A stretch of DNA of 64,000 nucleotides, taken from UHGV virus genome UHGV-1366828, one strand, 5' to 3'. Origin of the DNA: a virus. The notes beneath the pieces are model-generated. The model had not been told where the DNA came from, ran no database searches, and saw only the letters and a list, made by a program, of their open reading frames with translations. Numbering within the stretch: the first letter of the stretch is position 1; the number at the start of each line of letters is the position of its first letter. The position numbers and the translations under genes are program-made. Positions 29,154 through 38,075 of the stretch are shown here, in pieces.

Positions 29154-29419
29154 AAAAGATCCGCCAATCTAATAATGTCTGAACTAGAAATCTTATTATT
29201 ATGGTGAAGAGCAGTATGTGCGCTGCTTCCGTGTTCAGAGCTTTTTCTTACCAGACTAAGATTAGTTATACTATAATTAGAGTGGTCTTTATCTTCATGA
29301 TGTAACACCCAATCATCAGGGTCAATTGAAACTCCTGTAAGATACTGTACTAAAGCACACACTACTTTTTTGGCTTCGGTCTGCCCTCTAAATCCTTCTT
29401 CTAGTAATTTAAATCTCAT
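29150..29419 (-). CDS. small protein translationally coupled to the nucleotidyltransferase
   Basis: Probable start at internal ATG 29419 (MRFKLLEEGFRGQTEAKK..., 89 aa); the longer 135 aa ORF would overlap the QueH-like gene by ~150 nt. Confidence 0.35.
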   Translation of the reverse strand: MRFKLLEEGFRGQTEAKKVVCALVQYLTGVSIDPDDWVLHHEDKDHSNYSITNLSLVRKSSEHGSSAHTALHHNNKISSSDIIRLADLL

Positions 29420-29939
29420 TCTTTGAATACTCACACCCACAATAATTCTGTTGATATAAATTATACTTCTCGCACAGTTGCAATGATCTAGGAAACAGAT
29501 ATCCGAAATCAAACGGCATATACATAACTCCCACAGACCCGCCAACAGCGGTTCCAATACTGTTTATAACAGCTGAATCTTTATACGGACTGATTGTTAA
29601 TGTAGTTGAAAAATATCCAAATCCATTATTGTTTGCATATATTGCAGCACCCTTCAATCTCTGACCGATACATACCTTGCATCTTTTTCCACCCTCGGGT
29701 TCATTACTTAAAGAAGAACATGCGTTATAATATTCCTCCGGATAGAAATCTGCAATAACTACCGGTACATTATAAAGTTTACCGAGTCGGATAAGCTCGT
29801 CGGATCTTTTATAGTATTCAATTTCATCTGTAATACAAGGATTGTAATAATACAACGTTATATCAAAATACTTTGAGTACTCATCAATAACAGCACTACT
29901 ACAGGGTGCGCAACAAGCATGAAGTAATAATTTATCCAT
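29409..29939 (-). CDS. queH: QueH-family (DUF208) epoxyqueuosine reductase homolog
   Basis: 176 aa from ATG 29939 (GGAGG 11 nt upstream). 'MDKLLLHACCAPCSS...YYNPCI...EPEGGKRCKVCIGQRL...TTLTISPYK...LYQQNYCGCEYS' matches conserved QueH Cys motifs (LLLHxCCAPCS, EPEGGxRC, NYCGC). Confidence 0.65.
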   Translation of the reverse strand: MDKLLLHACCAPCSSAVIDEYSKYFDITLYYYNPCITDEIEYYKRSDELIRLGKLYNVPVVIADFYPEEYYNACSSLSNEPEGGKRCKVCIGQRLKGAAIYANNNGFGYFSTTLTISPYKDSAVINSIGTAVGGSVGVMYMPFDFGYLFPRSLQLCEKYNLYQQNYCGCEYSKNEI

Positions 29940-29956
29940 CTGTTCAGTTCCTCCGA

Positions 29957-31369
29957 TCAATTCTTTTTCCACATGTAACATGACTGACCACAATCATATA
30001 TCTCTACAAAACTGTGTGCGATCATTAACTCATCGTTTGATGTTCCTTTACCATAATGTGTTCCAAATAGCTGGTCAAAGCCTCTTTGTCTTAACAGGTT
30101 GTCTGTAATATGTTGACCCGTGTTTATGTTAAACCAGTGTCGTGTTGGAATACCATAATCGCGAAGTTCAAACCCCAAGGAAGTATAAACGTCGCCGTTA
30201 AATTTACTGTTATCACAATAGGATATAATGGACGACGGAGAATAGTTCTTTACAAAATAACTAAATAACTTTTCAGCTCCGCCAACTACATATCTGTGAG
30301 AACAGTATCTTATAAGCTCGTATTCGTAATTCTTGTTATATCTTGGACGACCGAACGTCATAATTGAAACTAGTTCATCATTACAGTAAAGTCCCAAATC
30401 AATTGTGCTTTTAGCATAACCTTGTAGATGATATTTGTTCAGATAATTTATACAATCTTTCTTGTTGACTTGTTTTACAACACAGTTACGAGCATATACT
30501 TTTTCTCTGGGCAGAAGCAAAGAAACAATTTTATCCCAATCATCCCAATCCCAAACATGAATACATCTATAGCCGTTATCTTGAGCTACTTTACTCTTCT
30601 TATAATGATAATCTTTCTGAAGTGTTGTTGACCCAGGAATAGGACAGAATGTCACGTTGTGACAAGGCCAAGGATTTATTTCTATAAGAATGTCGTTTAC
30701 TTTGAAGTCGTATTTAAAATGTTTGTTGTCATATCCGATGTAGAATTCTCTTGTATATTCAATTCCTGCAGTATCCAACAATTCTGAAAACTTGGCGTTA
30801 GGCTTACTATCATTTGTATATTTTGCAAGGGCAAAAGAATTTACAACTCCATACTTGTCAAGGTTTGTAGCTGACCTTGCATGTTTAGCATGCTCAATCT
30901 TTTCTGGAACATTGAAATAATGTTTGTATCGTTCTTCAATTAGATGTTGTAATTCTTCATGAGATTTTTTACCCCATGCAGCTTTACAACCTTCCGACAC
31001 CTTTTCATAATGTTCTTCTTTTGTTATCCCCTTGCTTTGTAGATTGGCAAGCATCGTAGCGTAAACTTGTTTGTCATATTTTTCTTTGCTTCCTGCATTC
31101 TTATACTTAGTTTTAAGAACTAACCTTGCAGACTGCTTGCGTGGCTTTCTTATACCGTATTCTTTTATGACTTTATCTAATGTCCAAGATGTAATGTTGT
31201 ACTTCTTCATCAGAAAGTCATAAGTACAGTTTTTATTCAAATATAAATCCGTAATTTCTTCACGTGGAATTTTTGACAATACATTCTTTTCAAACTTTTC
31301 TCTGTTAATTCTTTTAAGAGTTTCTGATGTTCCATTAGACATTTTACTGTTACTCCTGTGTGTAAACAA
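29957..31369 (-). CDS. free-standing homing-endonuclease-like protein (N-terminal repeated DNA-binding modules, Vsr/PD-(D/E)xK-like core, conserved C-terminal domain)
   Basis: 470 aa; paralog of 31457..32959 (C-terminal ~190 aa clearly alignable: KVYARNCVVKQV...YHLQGY...MTFGRPRY..YEYELIRYCS..GGAEKLF). Core 'DFKVNDILIEINP...GYRCIHVWDWDD' resembles the nuclease segment of the fragment at 63416..63709. Confidence 0.5.
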   Translation of the reverse strand: MFTHRSNSKMSNGTSETLKRINREKFEKNVLSKIPREEITDLYLNKNCTYDFLMKKYNITSWTLDKVIKEYGIRKPRKQSARLVLKTKYKNAGSKEKYDKQVYATMLANLQSKGITKEEHYEKVSEGCKAAWGKKSHEELQHLIEERYKHYFNVPEKIEHAKHARSATNLDKYGVVNSFALAKYTNDSKPNAKFSELLDTAGIEYTREFYIGYDNKHFKYDFKVNDILIEINPWPCHNVTFCPIPGSTTLQKDYHYKKSKVAQDNGYRCIHVWDWDDWDKIVSLLLPREKVYARNCVVKQVNKKDCINYLNKYHLQGYAKSTIDLGLYCNDELVSIMTFGRPRYNKNYEYELIRYCSHRYVVGGAEKLFSYFVKNYSPSSIISYCDNSKFNGDVYTSLGFELRDYGIPTRHWFNINTGQHITDNLLRQRGFDQLFGTHYGKGTSNDELMIAHSFVEIYDCGQSCYMWKKN

Positions 31370-31375
31370 ATAAAA

Positions 31376-31410
31376 AAATATGGAGAAGGGAGCTAAAGTC
31401 CCCTCCCCAT
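31376..31410 (-). terminator. candidate intrinsic terminator between the two tandem homing-endonuclease-like genes
   Basis: Minus strand GGAGGGGACTTTAGCTCCCTTCTCC followed by ATATTTTTTTATTTG; contains the 11-nt motif AAGGGAGCTAA also found at 34810-34820. Confidence 0.35.
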
Positions 31411-31456
31411 AATATATTATAAGGTGTTTCTAAATTGTAAACAACTTGACCGTCTC

Positions 31457-32959
31457 TCAACTGAAAAATGTGTACTTGGCTTGACCCGCATCATATACCT
31501 CTACAAAACCGTGTTGAATCATCAGTTCTCTATTTGATGTGCCTTTACCATAATTGGTATGAAACAGATTGTCAAAGCCCACTTTGTTTACAGAAGAATC
31601 TAGTATATGTTGTTTACTATTCATGTTGTACCAGTGTTTACTAATATTTATACTTTCCAAGGTCATGTTTAATTTCTGGTACACATTACCAGAAAATTTG
31701 CTCATATCACAGTAGGAAACAACCGATTTTGGAGAATACTTCTTTACAAAATAATCAAACAGTTTCTCCGCTCCTCCAATAACAGACTTACAACTACAAT
31801 AACGAATCAACTCGTATTCATACTTATCTGTATACCGAGGTTTACCAAACGTCATCAAAGAGATTAAATCGTCATTGTAAAATAGACCGACTGCTATGTC
31901 CGAAGATATATAACCTTGTAAATGATAGTTATTTAGAAACTCTTTCGTTTCTTCTTTAGGTAGTTCTTTAACAGTACATTTTCTGGCATATACTTTTTCT
32001 TGAGGACGAAGTAAAGAAATTATCTTCCCCTTATCATCCCAGTCCCAAATATGAATACACCTGTAACCATTCTGAGAAGCTAACCTAGATTTGTCTCTAT
32101 GATATGTAGGACTTTTAACGTTATCATCACCAAAAGGTGACCATGTTGAATTGTGTGTAGCAGAAGGATTTACTTCTACTAGTATATTTTGTCCTGTTAA
32201 TTCAAAATCAAAACTTTTGTTAATAAGTGTTTTTTCTCTACTGAATTCTATGTTGTTATCAGACAACAATATTCCAAATTCTTGATTAGGAGAAGATAGA
32301 CTGCTGTTCCCCTTACTAAATTGACATTGAGGAAGCAATGTAGGAAACTCTACTCCATACTTTTCTAAGCATGTTTGCTTCATGCTCTCTATAGCTTTTT
32401 CACGACTGCCAGGAAGCTGAGAAACATTTGTTATACCGTATCGTTCAATCAAGTTATTTTTCTGAGATTCTGCTATATGATCATAGGCTGCAGAAATTGA
32501 ACCATAAGTTCTAATAAAACCTTCTTGAACTAGGTCAACACGTTGAAAAGGATTGTCTACACCATATCGTTCTTGGCAAGTCTTTTTAATTTTCTTCCGA
32601 ATATCTGTGTTACCCGAAGCTGATGGTGTCCCGTATCTTTCAATACACGTTTCCTTAATCTTTTCTGTGTTGTTGTAATTAGGGTCTCCATATCTAGACT
32701 CTTTGGATTGCTTTATCCGATTCTTTATCGTATCGGATTTTGACGGATTGTCTACACCGTACTTCTCTATGCAGGTATATCTAGTTTCCTGTTGTCTACT
32801 ATGAATCGGAATGCCTTGTTTCTCAAGAGCATTAACAACTACATACTTTGACGTATTATAATGTTTAGAAATATAATCCGCAGAGTGCGAACTATACAAC
32901 CTTTCCAGTTCTTCTTTGTTTACAAAATCAAGAAATAGCTGTGTTTTATTTTTTCTCAT
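31457..32959 (-). CDS. free-standing homing-endonuclease-like protein (paralog of 29957..31369)
   Basis: 500 aa; N-terminal repeated ~25 aa 'YGVDNPxQ...I(K/R)xT' modules (at least 5); core 'FDFELTGQNILVEVNP...GYRCIHIWDWDD'; conserved C-terminal domain. Confidence 0.5.
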   Translation of the reverse strand: MRKNKTQLFLDFVNKEELERLYSSHSADYISKHYNTSKYVVVNALEKQGIPIHSRQQETRYTCIEKYGVDNPSKSDTIKNRIKQSKESRYGDPNYNNTEKIKETCIERYGTPSASGNTDIRKKIKKTCQERYGVDNPFQRVDLVQEGFIRTYGSISAAYDHIAESQKNNLIERYGITNVSQLPGSREKAIESMKQTCLEKYGVEFPTLLPQCQFSKGNSSLSSPNQEFGILLSDNNIEFSREKTLINKSFDFELTGQNILVEVNPSATHNSTWSPFGDDNVKSPTYHRDKSRLASQNGYRCIHIWDWDDKGKIISLLRPQEKVYARKCTVKELPKEETKEFLNNYHLQGYISSDIAVGLFYNDDLISLMTFGKPRYTDKYEYELIRYCSCKSVIGGAEKLFDYFVKKYSPKSVVSYCDMSKFSGNVYQKLNMTLESINISKHWYNMNSKQHILDSSVNKVGFDNLFHTNYGKGTSNRELMIQHGFVEVYDAGQAKYTFFS

Positions 32960-33108
32960 CTAGCTGTCTCCTTACAGACATATAAGTAAATCAAGCAGTA
33001 ATCTTGAAGTAAGGTTCAAGAAACAGTTTCGAACCTGCTGTCCTGCTTGATGTGTAACACTTTATACAATTTTGCTAGAGGGTCTGTTCCTTTGAGTATT
33101 ATTTATCC

Positions 33109-34131
33109 TCAGGCCTTGATCTTACCCGCTACCAGGAGGCTAGGATTGAGAAGCTTCAGGTCGTACATCGTACTCCAGCCTTGTGTGGTTCCACCATCGG
33201 CGAACTGAAGCAGCTGAGTAGGAACAACGCTCATGTAAGGAGCATAAACAGCGGCGGAGCTCATTAAATCGCTGCCGTTGACACCTACAATGAACTTACC
33301 AGCTTCAAGAGCAGGAGAAACGAACACCTTAAGAGAACCGAGAGTACCAGCGAAGTAAGGACCGTTAACATCGCTCACAGGAGCAGGAGTCCAGTCACGA
33401 ATGAAAGCAAACACCGGAAGAAGGTCGCTGGCGCAAATCATGTAGTTAGGAACAAATTTCTTTGTACGGTCGTACACTACGCGCTTGGCATCTTCAACAG
33501 TTTCCATGAATCCCTGATAGTGCTCTGTTTTGGAAACACCTACATTAGGAGTCTTGCTCCATTCAAGGGTTGTGTCGGTCGGGGTATTGTCGATAAGAAG
33601 CTGAACAACTTCTGTGTCGATTTCATATTCGAGCTGACCAACAGCCTTCTCTGCAAGCTGGTCACCAAGGTCGAAACCGTAGTCGGTCTTAGCCTGGAAA
33701 GCAGCAATCTGAGAGTAGTAAACAGCGATACGACGAGCCTTCGCAACAAGAGCGATATTCTTCATCTCTGCCTTGAGCATCGGAAGGTCGTTCTGAGGAA
33801 CAACTACGTTGTCGTAGTAATAAGCTACACGGTCAGTGGCAACAAGAGTTGTGGTAATTGTCTTGCCGTCAGCGCCAACATTCACATAAGTGGGATCACC
33901 AGTTGCGTGAGTAACCTTAACGTCGTACTTAACGCCGTCCTTCTCAAACGCGCCCTTAACAACAGGAGTCCAGGAAAGAGCAAGAGAAGCACCAGCCGTC
34001 GGAGTTTCAACAACACGGTCACCAGTGTAATCAGCATCGACATCGCCGAGAGCGAACGGGCTGTTCAGAAGCTTACCAGCAGTGGTCTGACCCTTGGTCT
34101 TACCAGCAGTATACTCAATGTAAGTTATCAA
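33109..34131 (-). CDS. major capsid protein (putative)
   Basis: 340 aa; follows the protease/scaffold-like gene in head-module order; markedly GC-richer, codon-optimised composition typical of the most abundant virion protein; strong hairpin downstream (33040-33070). Confidence 0.55.
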   Translation of the reverse strand: MITYIEYTAGKTKGQTTAGKLLNSPFALGDVDADYTGDRVVETPTAGASLALSWTPVVKGAFEKDGVKYDVKVTHATGDPTYVNVGADGKTITTTLVATDRVAYYYDNVVVPQNDLPMLKAEMKNIALVAKARRIAVYYSQIAAFQAKTDYGFDLGDQLAEKAVGQLEYEIDTEVVQLLIDNTPTDTTLEWSKTPNVGVSKTEHYQGFMETVEDAKRVVYDRTKKFVPNYMICASDLLPVFAFIRDWTPAPVSDVNGPYFAGTLGSLKVFVSPALEAGKFIVGVNGSDLMSSAAVYAPYMSVVPTQLLQFADGGTTQGWSTMYDLKLLNPSLLVAGKIKA

Positions 34132-34157
34132 ATGTGTTACGAATAATTCATCTATCT

Positions 34158-34742
34158 TTATACTAATTTTTTGAAGGGATTTGTTAACCTTCCTCTAACA
34201 TAACCTTCAGGAGGATCGCCAATAAACATATGCTCTTCTTTTCCGTTATTCCACCAACGAGAACCTTTATGTGCTTCTATACTTCTTTGTATAGAATATT
34301 CCGTGGGTTTCTGCCCTTTACTAGATTCTCTCATCTTGAGAATTGTTTCTTCTGAGCGTTTCTTACCAGTATTCGCTTTAGCTCTTTTTAGTTTAGTTTC
34401 TTCAGATTGTTTTTTTCCTGTCCAGTAAGCTAACTTGTACCTTAATTCTGGAACAAGATTAACATTACCGTCTCCACCATCAGTTAGATTATACCCATTA
34501 GGATATCTACACTGTAGCGTTTCAATCCAGAAACTTTCTTTTTCGTTTAATTCTTCAAGAGTTTCAGCTGTATCAATAAGCTCTCGCGAAAAATTTTCTA
34601 GCCCATAGAACTTAATGCTACTTTTAATATAAGTTCCGCTAGTAATGTAATTCTCATCAAGTTTTGGAAAAGAATATTTATGTTTACCAACATACACTTT
34701 ATGTGTAATCAGGTTTGTTAGTTTATACACATAACCATACAT
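34158..34742 (-). CDS. GIY-YIG homing endonuclease with NUMOD3-like repeats
   Basis: 194 aa; N-terminal 'YGYVYKLTNLITHKVYVGKH...' matches GIY-(x10-11)-YIG; C-terminal 'TGKKQSEETKLKRAKANTGKKRSEETILKMRESSKGQKPTE' are NUMOD3-type repeats as in I-TevI/Seg proteins. Confidence 0.75.
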   Translation of the reverse strand: MYGYVYKLTNLITHKVYVGKHKYSFPKLDENYITSGTYIKSSIKFYGLENFSRELIDTAETLEELNEKESFWIETLQCRYPNGYNLTDGGDGNVNLVPELRYKLAYWTGKKQSEETKLKRAKANTGKKRSEETILKMRESSKGQKPTEYSIQRSIEAHKGSRWWNNGKEEHMFIGDPPEGYVRGRLTNPFKKLV

Positions 34743-35120
34743 ATTTTAATCTCCTCTAAAGATAAAATATATTAAAAAGTAGTAATTCAAATATTAGAGG
34801 TATTTGAAAAAGGGAGCTAACCTCTGTCCTACTTTATAACTAAGTTATAAAGATATCAAATTATTCTCTTTATGTTACCATAAAGTTCAGACTATATCAT
34901 CATCCTATATTGTTTTATCCTCTATAGGACGCCTCGCACTTGGACCTCATTTGAGGTCTACTCTACTCTTTTACTCGCATAAGTTTTTCTCTTATGCTAC
35001 AATTTCGATAGTCGTTGAGCCTTCTCTAATTATTAGAGCTTGGCTGCTGATTGTCCCGTCGGGATTTTCCAGCAATTCACGAGGTTTTTTACTATATATT
35101 ACTATATAGGGATTCTAAAC

Positions 35121-35411
35121 TTAAAATCCAGACATAGAGCTCATCGGGTGGACAATTACTAGCTCATTAGCAATTAAGTTAGGAAGAGCAACAGTTGTAA
35201 GGTTCAGGCAGAATTTCTTATAGAGTCCGAGATCTGAACGCTGTGTGCCAGAAGCAGCATCAAAAGCTTCAGAAAGGAACTTTGAAGTATTGTCAAGCAC
35301 CTTAGCAATAACTAGCTTCTTGTGGTTATCCATCTTCTCGCCGTTGTGAGTTCTGCCGTAAACGGATTCAGAAACTGCAAGACGACCTTTGTATTGTTCT
35401 AAAAGATTCAT
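35121..35411 (-). CDS. hypothetical head protein
   Basis: 96 aa ORF between the scaffold-like gene and a 380 nt non-coding stretch. Confidence 0.35.
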   Translation of the reverse strand: MNLLEQYKGRLAVSESVYGRTHNGEKMDNHKKLVIAKVLDNTSKFLSEAFDAASGTQRSDLGLYKKFCLNLTTVALPNLIANELVIVHPMSSMSGF

Positions 35412-35431
35412 TATATTTACCTCTTTATATT

Positions 35432-36952
35432 TTATTTAAGTCGTGCTAGAGACAGTAAGTCATCGTCTACTAAATCGTCTTGAACGAAAGGAATTATTTC
35501 CTTCTTAGGAGACGTAATCTTAGCACTTAACTTCTCCTGTAGTTGCATTGACTGAAATGGTAACTTACTTAAGTTAAGATTTACAGACTGTAGACTTTCG
35601 CATACAGAATCAATATCGTCAAATGTGTAACTATCAGGCAATCTATTTAAAATTTCATTCTTCGATACACCAAGTCTCACTGATTGCGATTCAACATAAC
35701 GGTTAACCGCACCAGCGGCTATCTTCTTGTACTTTTCAACAAGATTGTTTGAAGCACTTAACTTCTTGGTGTATTCTGTCTTCTTTTGAGCTAAGTCTTT
35801 CTGAACTGTCGAAAGTTTTTCAGTTAAAGAAGTGATTTCTTTACTGCTATCTTCATTAGCAATCTTCAGCTGTTCGGTTAGTTCCGCAACTTTACTTCTG
35901 CTCGAAGTAACTGATTCAGCTAACGCCTTAGAACGTTCAGTTAAACTATTCTTAGACTTAATAGCTTCATATTTAGCGGAAGCTAACTGTTCGTTTAACT
36001 GACTAACTTGCTGCTCATAATTACTTAACTTCTCTTGTAGAGAAACAACTTTCTTCGCTTCCTCTGATAACTTCAGAATCGCTTGTTTGTACTTAGTCAT
36101 CTTTTCGTTACATGACGCTTCTTTAGTATAACTAACTGACAACTTCTCCTGTAACTCAATTAGCTGCTGTTCTTTCTCTTTATTTTCTTTCAAGGAGGCT
36201 TGAAGCTGTTCTAACAAATCTGCTTCGGTAGTATCGACTGCAACGCCTTCGTTAACAACTTCTTTATAATTAACAGAAGAAGGTTTTTCTACATTTTCTT
36301 CTTCTGGGGTATATTCAATCTGGAGAGTATTCAATGTCTCCTGCATAATTTTTCTGTCTGACGCAGACGCTTTTTCTAGAGATTCCTGTAATGCCTTTTT
36401 TAACGGAATAGTGGAATTTCCAACAGACTCCGTAACGTATTCCATACGAGCAGCCTTTACTGCGGGTAGAAGAACAACGTCAAAGCAACTAAAATCATAT
36501 GTGTCTTCGTCTACAGATTCATTTCCATCAATATCTGTTGACACATCTCCTGAACCTCTAGAGGAGATTCCCATCTTATATCCATAGTCGCAAAGGGTCT
36601 TTAAGATGCGACCATTCGGAGTGTCAAGAATGTCAAAAGAGCTAATCAGCTGCCCTTTATTATTCTTCTGAGGAGGATTGGGCATACAAATAGCAATCTT
36701 CTCCATGTCAATCTCTTGACGGTCAGCAGGGTGACCAAGTTCTCCGAAATATCCACCATTTTCAAATGTTTCCTGAGCTATAGGACTGTTAAAAACATTC
36801 TCCCAAAGCTGTTCAGAATATTTTCTTCCATTACGAGTAGGATTTATAATGTCAGCAACTGGTCCGGACAGACGACCTAATATAGGGCTGCCTTTTTCGC
36901 TGACTAGAGCTGATCTGTCAAAGGTCAACTCTTCGTTTGACTTTCTATCCAT
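35432..36952 (-). CDS. putative prohead protease / scaffolding fusion protein
   Basis: 506 aa. N-terminal ~150 aa globular region, then a long heptad-rich coiled coil (LQEKLSNYEQQVSQLNEQLASAKYEAIKSKNSL...). Position between portal region and capsid gene. Protease assignment is not motif-verified. Confidence 0.4.
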   Translation of the reverse strand: MDRKSNEELTFDRSALVSEKGSPILGRLSGPVADIINPTRNGRKYSEQLWENVFNSPIAQETFENGGYFGELGHPADRQEIDMEKIAICMPNPPQKNNKGQLISSFDILDTPNGRILKTLCDYGYKMGISSRGSGDVSTDIDGNESVDEDTYDFSCFDVVLLPAVKAARMEYVTESVGNSTIPLKKALQESLEKASASDRKIMQETLNTLQIEYTPEEENVEKPSSVNYKEVVNEGVAVDTTEADLLEQLQASLKENKEKEQQLIELQEKLSVSYTKEASCNEKMTKYKQAILKLSEEAKKVVSLQEKLSNYEQQVSQLNEQLASAKYEAIKSKNSLTERSKALAESVTSSRSKVAELTEQLKIANEDSSKEITSLTEKLSTVQKDLAQKKTEYTKKLSASNNLVEKYKKIAAGAVNRYVESQSVRLGVSKNEILNRLPDSYTFDDIDSVCESLQSVNLNLSKLPFQSMQLQEKLSAKITSPKKEIIPFVQDDLVDDDLLSLARLK

Positions 36953-37099
36953 CTATATTCCTTTCAACACATCATTTCTAATCTAACACGAACATTCTGT
37001 AGCTGCCCTATCTACAGCTGTTTTCACCGGGATCAATTTGTATTGACTGTATAAATTTAGCACTAAAGTTTTGATAAAATAAGTTTTTCTACAAATTAC

Positions 37100-38050
37100 T
37101 TAAAAAACAATCTTATCGTCAATCTTAGGCGGGTCATTTTTAATCTCTTTTCTTGTAATAGCTGTATATGCAGGCTTTGCTGCTGTATTCACATAAGTTT
37201 CAGAAACGGGATAAAAATCTCTATAACCTCTTGCCCATGTTTGTTTGACAATTTCTCTTGCTAAATCAGTTCTGCCCTTTGCATACTGCAAAAGATGTTC
37301 TAGTCTCATCTTCCATTGGGTGACATTTATTGATTTATACAATTTCTGATCCACTAAATAATTGTTTACATATTCAGCAAGATCTGTATCAGAGATAAGT
37401 TCAAAAGTTAAATCAGTACACTGTTCTAGATTAGATTTCTTCTTTGGCTTTGTAGCTATCTGTTTAGTTTCATTTTCTAAAAGATTAGATACTTTTCCTG
37501 AATTGTTAATAAACGGTGTAGCTGTTAAAACTATATTGTTATTTTTATTTGTTAATGGTATATTGTTATTATTTGTCTTTACTGAGTTAAGATCTTGTTC
37601 TTTACTTTCTTTACTACTTGCTGTTAACTCAGTTAAGCACTTATCACAAGTTTCTTTACTACTTGTTGAGTCCTGGTCGTTATTATTATCTTCATCGTCT
37701 TCAAGCAATATAGCGTAGAACTGTTCTTCATTGATGCGAAAGTATCTTTTAGCAGGCATTCCTGCTACTTTAACATCAAGTATTTTCAATTCTACAAGAT
37801 GCTTAATAATTGAACGTTGTTGATAATCAGACAACGTTGTCGATTCCATGACATTTTCAACAGTGCTATAGAAATAGCCGTCATCTGTCAGGCTGTGCAT
37901 TTTATTCCAGTAGTCATACTCTGAAATAATTTCGCCAAGAAAAATACTCTCGTGGAGTCCTATCTTCTTGGCGAGTGTTTTATTATATAGCCCGTAATTG
38001 TTACTGGCGAATTGTGTTAGCAATTTCTTTTCTCTGATTGAAAGCCCCAT
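37100..38050 (-). CDS. hypothetical protein with N-terminal helix-turn-helix-like region and acidic/Asn-rich linker
   Basis: 316 aa ORF. Confidence 0.4.
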   Translation of the reverse strand: MGLSIREKKLLTQFASNNYGLYNKTLAKKIGLHESIFLGEIISEYDYWNKMHSLTDDGYFYSTVENVMESTTLSDYQQRSIIKHLVELKILDVKVAGMPAKRYFRINEEQFYAILLEDDEDNNNDQDSTSSKETCDKCLTELTASSKESKEQDLNSVKTNNNNIPLTNKNNNIVLTATPFINNSGKVSNLLENETKQIATKPKKKSNLEQCTDLTFELISDTDLAEYVNNYLVDQKLYKSINVTQWKMRLEHLLQYAKGRTDLAREIVKQTWARGYRDFYPVSETYVNTAAKPAYTAITRKEIKNDPPKIDDKIVF

Positions 38051-38075
38051 AATCTGTTCTCCTTAGTTTAAAATA

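Noticed and set aside
29940-29993. 18-codon N-terminal extension of the QueH-like ORF (start at 29993)
   Set aside because: It would overlap the upstream homing-endonuclease gene by 37 nt and has no RBS. The ATG at 29939 has GGAGG at -11 and begins exactly at the conserved QueH N-terminus (MDKLLLH.CCAPCS).
33520-34146. 208 aa plus-strand ORF
   Set aside because: Lies entirely antisense within the capsid gene. The sequence is Leu/Ser/Val-rich and low-complexity, typical of a shadow ORF in a GC-richer gene.
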